In this document: piece by piece, positions 18,513 through 26,626 of the stretch
Numbering within the stretch: position 1 is the stretch's first letter
Layout of the letters: each line of letters begins with the position of its first letter
Virus record (IMG/VR): IMGVR_UViG_3300025086_000112
Span: 1 to 34,351 of that record
Reading direction: 5' to 3' (one strand)
From: a virus
Taxonomy: Duplodnaviria; Caudoviricetes
DNA: 34,351 nt
Position numbers and translations under genes: made by a program
Notes under the pieces: generated by a model
Database searches by the model: none
Seen by the model: only the letters and a program-made list of their open reading frames with translations
Told to the model about the DNA's origin: nothing

Positions 18513-18772
18513 GTTGGTTTGACGTAGTTAAAGAAGGACAATGCACTAGGGCTACAAAAAAAACATCATCTACTCGTAAGGGTAAGAAATGGATGAAGTG
18601 TGTTCCTAATGGTAAAGGCGGATATAAAAGAGTACATTGGGGTCAAAGTGGAGTAACTGTTTCAGGTAAAAGAGATGGTAAGAGAAGAAAATCCTTTAGA
18701 GCAAGACATAAATGTTCTACATGTAAAAGAAGTGATTACTCTGCTAGATGTATGGCTTGTAGAGATTGGTGA
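18509..18772 (+). CDS. Highly basic Cys-rich W-tag protein
   Basis: MSWFDVVKEG...KSFRARHKC...SARCMACRDW. Confidence 0.8.
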   Translation: MSWFDVVKEGQCTRATKKTSSTRKGKKWMKCVPNGKGGYKRVHWGQSGVTVSGKRDGKRRKSFRARHKCSTCKRSDYSARCMACRDW

Positions 18773-18776
18773 AATA

Positions 18777-20213
18777 ATGAAATTAGATAGTACGGATTTT
18801 ATGACTTCTATGGATATGGAATTATCCAAGACCTCTTTTCCGTATTTTTTTAAGAATGTATTAGGAATGATGTATCCTGAATATATGCAAGAATGGTTAG
18901 AGTTAATGCAAGGTACAGATAGAACTGTTATTGTTTGTAGTCGTGACCATGGGAAATCCGTATTCATGCACAGTTGGGTAGTATGGAATCTTGTGTTTCA
19001 AGAGCCACCTTTTCAAATGTTATACATATCTTCTAATCAAAAACAGACTTTAGTACATATGCGTGAAATTGATAAATATTTTAATCTTCCACAATTAAAA
19101 AAATTCAGACCTTCTAGGGGTTGGGCTATCGGTAATATTCAATTAACAAATGGTAACGCAATTTTAGAACGTTCTGTTGGTTCGCAAATTAGGGGACTTC
19201 ATCCTCAAGAAATTATTATTGACGACCCTTTGAAAGAGTTTAGTTTATCGGGTATTCAAAGAGTTACAGATTGGTTCTTTGGAGATATGATACCGACATT
19301 GCATCATACTGCAAGTTTGAGAATGATTGGTACTCCTTTTACATATACTGATATATTTTCACAGTTAGAAGAGAATGATGCCTATACTGTTAGAAAATAT
19401 CCATGCTTAAATTCAATGAATAAACCTCTTTGGCCTGAAAGATGGGATTATGATGCATTAATGCAAAGAAAATCGGAAATAGGGTCATTAAAATTTACTA
19501 GAGAGTATTTATGCATACCAGTTTCAACTGGAACTGCACTTTTTGACCCTGATTATGTGAATAAATGTAAAAATAAAGAATATGTGTTAAAATTAGGCCA
19601 TCGTAAAGATAAAGGATACAAATATTACGTTGGAGTTGACCCTGCTATCTCTACTGATGGAGATTATAATGTAATTGTTGTTTTAGAAGTAGATGAAGAG
19701 AAAAATAAAACAATTGTTCATGTTGATAGAGCAAAAAATGTTGAATTTAGAGAAAATATTGAAAAAATAAGAATAATAGGGCAGGTTTTTGAGCCTGAGC
19801 AGATATTATATGAAACAAATACCTTCGCTAAGGCATTTACACAAGAATTACGCAGTTTAACTGATATGAACATTAAAGATTTTAACACAACAAGGAAAAA
19901 GAAACAAGAAATCATATTAAATCTACAAATGAACATAGAAAATGGCAAAATCAACTTTCCTTATGGTGATAATAACAGTAGGAGTATGACTACGGCATTG
20001 ATTGAAGAATTATCCATGTTTTCTATAACTGAATCCGGTAGGTTTGAGGGTGTAGGTGCGCACGATGACTTAGTTATGGGTCTAGCATTAGCAAATGCCG
20101 CCACACAATCGCCTACTGACTCCTTTATACTGTTAGATGACCTCGGAGTGTTTGACGCACCGCAAAAGTCTCCTATAAACATAAACACAGGATTGATGGG
20201 ATTAAATTTTTAA
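18777..20213 (+). CDS. terL: Terminase large subunit
   Basis: Walker A SRDHGKS, Walker B IIIDD, coupling motif GTP, RNase H-like GVDPA and HDDLVM. Confidence 0.95.
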   Translation: MKLDSTDFMTSMDMELSKTSFPYFFKNVLGMMYPEYMQEWLELMQGTDRTVIVCSRDHGKSVFMHSWVVWNLVFQEPPFQMLYISSNQKQTLVHMREIDKYFNLPQLKKFRPSRGWAIGNIQLTNGNAILERSVGSQIRGLHPQEIIIDDPLKEFSLSGIQRVTDWFFGDMIPTLHHTASLRMIGTPFTYTDIFSQLEENDAYTVRKYPCLNSMNKPLWPERWDYDALMQRKSEIGSLKFTREYLCIPVSTGTALFDPDYVNKCKNKEYVLKLGHRKDKGYKYYVGVDPAISTDGDYNVIVVLEVDEEKNKTIVHVDRAKNVEFRENIEKIRIIGQVFEPEQILYETNTFAKAFTQELRSLTDMNIKDFNTTRKKKQEIILNLQMNIENGKINFPYGDNNSRSMTTALIEELSMFSITESGRFEGVGAHDDLVMGLALANAATQSPTDSFILLDDLGVFDAPQKSPININTGLMGLNF

Positions 20214-20229
20214 AAGAGAGGTAAATATT

Positions 20230-21597
20230 ATGGCGACTCCTAGTTCTGAACAATTACAAGCACTAACTAACAAAGTAAAAGAGGTAGAAGAACTCACTGC
20301 TGAACAACGCCAACTAGAACAAGATATGGAATTAGAAGCCAAGATGTTATGGCTTGATGGAAGGGCTTTATCGAACCATAACGATTTAGTTAAGGACTTT
20401 GCAAAGGATTTCAATATGTCTTATACAAAAGCAGATAGAATTTTAGATTTATCATTGAAAGAATATACAATAGAGAATAAAAATATTCCTGATTTAGTAA
20501 AGGACATGAGAATGTTCAGAAGAACTCTCAAGGGTGAAAAAAGATTAGATATGAGTAAATCTATTGATAATTTGATAGATGCTTATGCTGACCACTTAGA
20601 TAAGAGCATTGATAAAATTTATTGGGCTAGTCCGTATAAATCTGTAATTAAAGATATGACTTGTTCAGAATCTCAGATAATTAAACTTAGTAAAATTCAA
20701 GATATAGATACTAAAAGACAGGTTATAGACTCTCTTTGTAAGTATTGGGAAAATAAGTTAGAAATAAAAGATATGCCTTTAAATAAACAATATATTTCTA
20801 TTAGTAAGGAAATGACAGCAGCGAAAAAAGATTTTAAGAGAATTATAAAATCTCAAAGTTCTACAAAGGGCATTAAGAAAAGAATTAAAGAAAATATTTT
20901 GAAATCTGTTTGTGAATCACCGGGAATATCTTCTAGAGAGATACATGAGGCATTACCTGATAATCTTAAGAAAATGTCTTCTCCTCAAATAATTTCTAAA
21001 TTAGCAATTAGTCAAAATATTACTAATGTAAATGGTGCTTATTATAAGATAAATGATGATATTAAGAAAAATGTTTGGGCTTATACTGCTGCGTTTATAG
21101 ACTCTGATGGGTATATTACTATGGATAGAAATAATAATCCTAGAGTTGGTTTAGTTGCCACAGGGGAAAGAGGTAAGGCTTTCATGTTAGAGTTGCATAA
21201 ATGTTTAGGTATGGGAAGATTACATTTAGACCAAAAATCCCCTCAAGATACTAGGCCAGTGAATAGATTAAATTTTTACTCTCAAAAAGATGTGCATGAT
21301 TTATTGACTAAATGTAGGCCACATTTTAGAATGAAAGGTCCAAATGCAGATATATTATTAGAGTTAGTTAGAATTAAAAAAGGATTTAAAAAACAGCCTT
21401 GGGCTAAAGGTAGAATGGGTGAATTATTTAAATTAATGAAATACCATAATCATAGGGATAATGTAAACTTTGACTTTTCTGCCTTTGATATTGATTTAGA
21501 TTCTATAAGTAAACTAGAGGAAAATTCTAAAATGAGTTGGATGGATAAGTTAGAGAGAGATGATGCTTTAAATCTGATAGGAGTAAATAACACATAA
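20230..21597 (+). CDS. Protein with long helical N-terminus, HTH-like segment and C-terminal LAGLIDADG endonuclease-like domain
   Basis: YTAAFIDSDGYI LAGLIDADG helix followed by typical GxG and L.PH...K elements; PGISSREIHEAL wHTH-like. Confidence 0.75.
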   Translation: MATPSSEQLQALTNKVKEVEELTAEQRQLEQDMELEAKMLWLDGRALSNHNDLVKDFAKDFNMSYTKADRILDLSLKEYTIENKNIPDLVKDMRMFRRTLKGEKRLDMSKSIDNLIDAYADHLDKSIDKIYWASPYKSVIKDMTCSESQIIKLSKIQDIDTKRQVIDSLCKYWENKLEIKDMPLNKQYISISKEMTAAKKDFKRIIKSQSSTKGIKKRIKENILKSVCESPGISSREIHEALPDNLKKMSSPQIISKLAISQNITNVNGAYYKINDDIKKNVWAYTAAFIDSDGYITMDRNNNPRVGLVATGERGKAFMLELHKCLGMGRLHLDQKSPQDTRPVNRLNFYSQKDVHDLLTKCRPHFRMKGPNADILLELVRIKKGFKKQPWAKGRMGELFKLMKYHNHRDNVNFDFSAFDIDLDSISKLEENSKMSWMDKLERDDALNLIGVNNT

Positions 21598-21652
21598 AGG
21601 AACTTTAATATGTGTTTGGGAAATCGGATAATTAATAATGGGGGGATAAAAT

Positions 21653-23299
21653 ATGGTAGAAGAGAAAAGAAGATTTAGTATAGCAAATCTATTTAGAAGA
21701 ACAACGCCAAGACCTGCTGACCGCAAGGTGTTTAATCCGGGTATTCAGGAAAAAGATAATTCCTATATGTTAACTGCTCCTATTATCTACCATATAGCAA
21801 ATCAATCTATAATAGTTAGAACGTGTGTTACACAATTAAAAAATGAAATATTTAGAAGAGGTTATATTTGGGAAGAAAAGTTTGTTGCTAAGTGTGATGA
21901 CTGTTGTAAAGAACATAAAACTCCAACACTCGAATGTGTAGATTGTGGTTCTACAAATCTATCTAAACCTAACCGTGACCAACTAAAATATGCTTTATCA
22001 TTCATGGAAGGTTATGTCAATAAATCTGAACAATTGTTTATTGATGTGCTTAAAGAGTTAGAAGACGATTTGAATATAATGGATGATGGCTATTTAGTAT
22101 TGGTTAAGGAATATTTCTTAGACAATGATTCAGAAATAATGATGCACCGCATCAAAGAAATATACCGAGGCGACCCTGTTGGTATGCATATTTATGCAGA
22201 TGAATTAGGTGAAAGAGGTACAGAGGGATTTACTTGTTTAAGGCATAGGGATTTTATTAGTGATACTCCCGTAGCGTCTTGCCCGAATTGTGGCGCAACA
22301 GAATTATACCCTATACATTATGTTAATAGAGTAAATGGTGAAGAACAATATTTCTTAGAAGGAGAAGTATTACACTTTAGTAAATATACTCCTAGTAGAT
22401 TATATGGTCTATCGCCATTAATTACTTTATGGAATAGTGTAACAACACTTATTGCTATGGATAATTATATTAATTCATCATACACTAAGGCAAGAATGCC
22501 TAGAGGATTACTTGCAGTACAGACTAGAAATATAGAATCTATGAAATCTTTTTGGAAAGGTGTAAAAGAAAAGATGGAACAAGACCCTCATTTTATACCT
22601 GTAATGGGTATTGAATCAGAAGGTGGTAAAGGTTCTATTGAATGGATTAAGTTTATGGATAGCCTAAAAGAAATGGATTATGTTTCAGTCAAAGATGATT
22701 TGAGAGATAGAGTTTCAGGTTTCTATGGTGTAAGTAAAATATTTATGGCTGACAATTCTTCTAGTGGTGGATTGAATAATGAAGGTATGCAAATACTTGT
22801 TACTAATAGAGCAGTAGAAATGGCTCAGACTATTTGGAATAATTATGTATTTCCTTTTGTAACAAAGGAGTTTGGAATTACCGATTGGGTTCTAAAACTT
22901 CCACCATCGGAAGAAGAAGATGAAGTTGCTAAACTAAGAAAAAGAGAACTTGAAGTTAATATTGCTGCATCAATTAAAAATTTAGGATTTGAAATAGATA
23001 TGGATGATGAAGGTAGGTTCTCTTATAGCAAGCCTGAACCAAAACCTGAACAAGAAAGTGCAGGTGGAAATCAAGAAGAAAAGGTCGAGTTAGACCCGTA
23101 TGCAGGTACAAATATTGATGCAAGTCAATTAGGACAAATGCAAGAAGAGATGATGAATCAAGGTAAGAAACAAGAGAACCCTGCTACAACTAGAAATAAA
23201 CCTAGTATGGATAGTGGACCTGATAAAAGATTTAGTGGTTTACCTGAAGCAGCCGGAAATCAAAATGTTGATAAAAGAACCGAAAGAAGGGTAGGTTAG
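21653..23299 (+). CDS. Portal protein with Zn-ribbon insertions
   Basis: Position after TerL; YGLSPL, PRGLL, DMDY...R..V...YGV portal-type motifs; CDDC..CVDC and CLRH..CPNC inserts. Confidence 0.88.
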   Translation: MVEEKRRFSIANLFRRTTPRPADRKVFNPGIQEKDNSYMLTAPIIYHIANQSIIVRTCVTQLKNEIFRRGYIWEEKFVAKCDDCCKEHKTPTLECVDCGSTNLSKPNRDQLKYALSFMEGYVNKSEQLFIDVLKELEDDLNIMDDGYLVLVKEYFLDNDSEIMMHRIKEIYRGDPVGMHIYADELGERGTEGFTCLRHRDFISDTPVASCPNCGATELYPIHYVNRVNGEEQYFLEGEVLHFSKYTPSRLYGLSPLITLWNSVTTLIAMDNYINSSYTKARMPRGLLAVQTRNIESMKSFWKGVKEKMEQDPHFIPVMGIESEGGKGSIEWIKFMDSLKEMDYVSVKDDLRDRVSGFYGVSKIFMADNSSSGGLNNEGMQILVTNRAVEMAQTIWNNYVFPFVTKEFGITDWVLKLPPSEEEDEVAKLRKRELEVNIAASIKNLGFEIDMDDEGRFSYSKPEPKPEQESAGGNQEEKVELDPYAGTNIDASQLGQMQEEMMNQGKKQENPATTRNKPSMDSGPDKRFSGLPEAAGNQNVDKRTERRVG

Positions 23300-23342
23300 T
23301 GCCGGAGTTGTTATTCTAGCATATTTAAAAAAAGGTGATTAA

Positions 23343-23555
23343 ATGACTGAAAAAAGTGTAAGAGAATTAGAAAGGGAATTAGCAGATGCAAGGGCAAAAG
23401 TGTATAATGCACGTAAGGTAGAAGTGAATAGAGATTTAGATGCAGTAGGTATTGATTTGTCTAGAACAGTAGAAAAGAAAATTCCTAACAGTAATGATAT
23501 TCCTGACGTAATTTTAATGCCAAAAAGAAAAAGAAATTCTGAAAACAAGTGGTAA
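23343..23555 (+). CDS. Small hypothetical protein
   Basis: GGTGA RBS; 70 aa. Confidence 0.75.
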   Translation: MTEKSVRELERELADARAKVYNARKVEVNRDLDAVGIDLSRTVEKKIPNSNDIPDVILMPKRKRNSENKW

Positions 23556-23557
23556 GC

Positions 23558-24907
23558 GTGTCTATATTATTAAAAGCAGATATTTACGGGCATAAAGAGC
23601 CTATGGCTAAAACTGCTTTTGTATTAGACCAAATTAAAAAAACATTTTCTCCTAAAGTTAAAGATTTACTATCTAGTAAAGTACCTGATAATTTTGTAAA
23701 TAATTTAGAAAATGTTGTTAGAGTTACTAATGAAGGTTGGAAAAATAAACTTAGGCAATCTCTATCTGATGATTTGATGACCGCTAGTGGTGGATTTAAA
23801 CCATTAGGTTCTGAAAATTTTACTGAAGAAGGTGAACCATCAAAACCTAAAAAAATAGATATGAGTAAATTATTTGTAGCAATAACTTCTCATCGTAAAG
23901 TGTTTAAACAGATTCTAAAAATTAAACAAGATAATGCTGCTATGTTTTTATTAGCGGGTATGTCTGATGATATGCGTTCAGAAGAAAATCAACAACAATT
24001 AGATAATTTTGTAGAAGATTTAGAAGAAGGTTCAGATGAAAAGGCTATCTATGATGCGTTTGTAGCCGATGAAAATATATTCAATAAATTAGAAACTGCT
24101 ATATCTACACTTGATAAATTAGAAGACCAATTATCTAGAAAAGAAAGAGGGTCGTCTTCAAGTTATTCTTTTATTCCAACATTGACTAATCTACTCAATA
24201 AATATGGTAAAGATTCTAGAATAGAAAATTACAGAGGAGAATTAGATATATTACAAGGTGAATCTAAGTTATTTTCTCAAAAAAGTATATTTAAGTTTTT
24301 AGATAAATACGAAAAAGGTAATCATTCTGCTAGATTACTAGAAGTATTAAATCAAGAATATTCCGGTAAAACAGGAATAGAATTACTTAAAGAAATATTT
24401 ACTAAAGAGGGATTTAAATTAGAAGAAATAAAAGTTGGAGATACAAAACGATTAAAAGAATTTATCAACTTAAGTTATAGAAAAGTAGCAACACAAATTA
24501 AACAAGCAATGAATCCTGATGCTACTAAATCAGCAGTGAAGGTGTTCACACAAATGAAAGAATCTAAGATTATTGACTATGCTGATATTTTAGAACTAAG
24601 ACTTGGAGATTTATTAGATGATAAAGAGGCTAAGGAATCTTATTACTTGACAGAACCCGACCCTATGTTTGATGAAGAAGGAATGCCTGAAAACATTAGT
24701 ATAGGTGTAGCAGATATACAAAATGAGGATTATCGTATGGAGTTAAAAAGAACTACTGAATTATATGCATTTATGTATTATTTAGCAGAATTAAGGGAAA
24801 TCTCTTTAGATAAGTCGTTCTTACGAAATGATGTACATACTGTTGAAGTTGAGTCTTTGCCTGAAAAGTTTGCTATATTAAAAGAAGTTATGGGTGATTT
24901 AGAATGA
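23558..24907 (+). CDS. Hypothetical head-module protein
   Basis: ~449 aa, begins (M)SILLKAD; start could be 23549. Confidence 0.8.
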   Translation: MSILLKADIYGHKEPMAKTAFVLDQIKKTFSPKVKDLLSSKVPDNFVNNLENVVRVTNEGWKNKLRQSLSDDLMTASGGFKPLGSENFTEEGEPSKPKKIDMSKLFVAITSHRKVFKQILKIKQDNAAMFLLAGMSDDMRSEENQQQLDNFVEDLEEGSDEKAIYDAFVADENIFNKLETAISTLDKLEDQLSRKERGSSSSYSFIPTLTNLLNKYGKDSRIENYRGELDILQGESKLFSQKSIFKFLDKYEKGNHSARLLEVLNQEYSGKTGIELLKEIFTKEGFKLEEIKVGDTKRLKEFINLSYRKVATQIKQAMNPDATKSAVKVFTQMKESKIIDYADILELRLGDLLDDKEAKESYYLTEPDPMFDEEGMPENISIGVADIQNEDYRMELKRTTELYAFMYYLAELREISLDKSFLRNDVHTVEVESLPEKFAILKEVMGDLE

Positions 24908-25290
24908 GTTGGGAAGATATATTAAAAAGAAAACTAACTGTTATGGAGGCAGTTGAAGAAATAAATGACGTTTTATCAGGATATAAAAATGTAGAAATAG
25001 AATCTACTCGACAATTAATTGATGGCTACCGTAACCAAGAAATAAAAAATATTTATGATAATTTTTTCTATGACGATGACGAAGCACCTAAACCAAATAC
25101 TAATACATATTATATTCAATGTAATGTAGGAAATTATACAGGAATATTATTTGCTACTTATTTAGATGACAATGACAATGAAGAAATTGACAAGTTTTTG
25201 AGAAGAGTAATGGAATTATCTTTTAATGATAAGTTAGAAGATGCTAAAGATTTTTTGACACCTCTGAATGATGATTGGATGGAAGAGTGA
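24904..25290 (+). CDS. W-tag acidic protein
   Basis: MSWEDILKRK. Confidence 0.8.
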   Translation: MSWEDILKRKLTVMEAVEEINDVLSGYKNVEIESTRQLIDGYRNQEIKNIYDNFFYDDDEAPKPNTNTYYIQCNVGNYTGILFATYLDDNDNEEIDKFLRRVMELSFNDKLEDAKDFLTPLNDDWMEE

Positions 25291-25296
25291 TTTAGA

Positions 25297-25629
25297 ATGA
25301 GTTGGCAATATACACTTCAAAAGGCTGATAGTGGTTTATTGGAAAAACTAGAACCTAAAGAAAAAAAGAAATTGAAGAAATTACTTCAATCTACTCAACC
25401 TTCTGAATATTTTGGTCAAGACTTAACTAAACTATCTACTCTTATAGATGAGATGAAGAAAGTTGAATTAATTAAAAGTGATAAGAAACTAACTAAAAAA
25501 TTAAATGGGTTCGATGAAAAGAACTTAAGTATTGTAGCGTCAGCAGCAGAACTAAGGAAGGATTACGAGACTTTGTATAATCAGTTGCGAAGTATGGTGT
25601 ATCCCAGTAAAAAAGGTGATTTGAAATGA
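25297..25629 (+). CDS. W-tag helical protein
   Basis: MSWQYTLQKAD. Confidence 0.8.
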   Translation: MSWQYTLQKADSGLLEKLEPKEKKKLKKLLQSTQPSEYFGQDLTKLSTLIDEMKKVELIKSDKKLTKKLNGFDEKNLSIVASAAELRKDYETLYNQLRSMVYPSKKGDLK

Positions 25630-25853
25630 GTGAACAAAATGAAATGCTTATGCTAATGAAAGAGTTAGTTGATAAAGTAAAGGCACTAGAAGATACAGTA
25701 TATAGACAAGATAATTTGTTAATGAAATCAGGATTTGTAGTTTCTACATCTCCTAAACCCGCTATCGTTAATGGTGCAACTCCATCAAGTGATGTAATTT
25801 CTAAAATGGATTGGGATGATATTCATAAGATAGTAGAGAGAATAGAAGGGTGA
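25626..25853 (+). CDS. Small coiled-coil protein resembling scaffold C-terminus
   Basis: Ends SKMDWDDIHKIVERIEG, similar to scaffold end SSMSWGDIHNLARKF. Confidence 0.75.
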   Translation: MSEQNEMLMLMKELVDKVKALEDTVYRQDNLLMKSGFVVSTSPKPAIVNGATPSSDVISKMDWDDIHKIVERIEG

Positions 25854-25858
25854 ATATC

Positions 25859-26617
25859 ATGCCGGAAAAAGTAACAAGAGAAGAAAAGGCAATTGAATTA
25901 GCAATATTAAAAGCAAAAGAAGTTTTGGCTGAATTTAATGACGGAACTACTGTTGCTAATGACCAAGATGTTATGGGTGAAGAAGTAAAATTAAAAACTC
26001 CTAAGAAAAATCCTGCTGAAGAAAAGATACCAAATCCTACTGGTGAAGAAGGATATGGCTACGTTGGTAAATCAGTAATGAAAGAAGGAAATCCTTTTTT
26101 AGATGATGACAGAGATAAAGAAACTCAAATGAGAATTAGAGAGTTAGAGAAAGATTTAGATGATGTTAATACTGAATTAGAAGAATTAGAAATAACTGGT
26201 TCAGATAAAAATTCTGCGGGATTTGATAAGGTACAAGGTAGAAAGCAGACAAGACTATTAGAAGACGAAAAAAGATTAACTCAACAGATTGGTGATTTAT
26301 ACGATTCTTTGGGTAAAGCAATTATGTTAAAGAGACTATTAACAGTAGCAAAAGGATTAGATTTGGTTAGAAACTTAGAAATGGATAGTATAGCAAAAGG
26401 AGAACTAGAGGATTTGGATGCTCAGTTTGTAGAGGCATTTGAAAGATTCAATTCTAGCCCTAAAAAAGACTCTGATTTCGCTAGATATGAAAAAGAATAT
26501 TCAGAACTAAAAGCACTAGTCAAAAAATTAGGTCTAGAAGGCACAACTTATATGGATGCTGAACATGGTGGCCGTGCTGAAATGCAAAGAAAATATGGAT
26601 TTAGTCTACACGAATAG
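25859..26617 (+). CDS. Acidic coiled-coil protein (possible core/scaffold accessory)
   Basis: E/K-rich, multiple hydrophobic-x-K-(A/S/G) sites. Confidence 0.75.
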   Translation: MPEKVTREEKAIELAILKAKEVLAEFNDGTTVANDQDVMGEEVKLKTPKKNPAEEKIPNPTGEEGYGYVGKSVMKEGNPFLDDDRDKETQMRIRELEKDLDDVNTELEELEITGSDKNSAGFDKVQGRKQTRLLEDEKRLTQQIGDLYDSLGKAIMLKRLLTVAKGLDLVRNLEMDSIAKGELEDLDAQFVEAFERFNSSPKKDSDFARYEKEYSELKALVKKLGLEGTTYMDAEHGGRAEMQRKYGFSLHE

Positions 26618-26626
26618 AGTGGTTGA

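Noticed and set aside
20230-21597. LAGLIDADG as part of an intein or intron splitting terL or portal
   Set aside because: terL and portal look complete; no intein terminal motifs; short flanks leave no room for intron RNA
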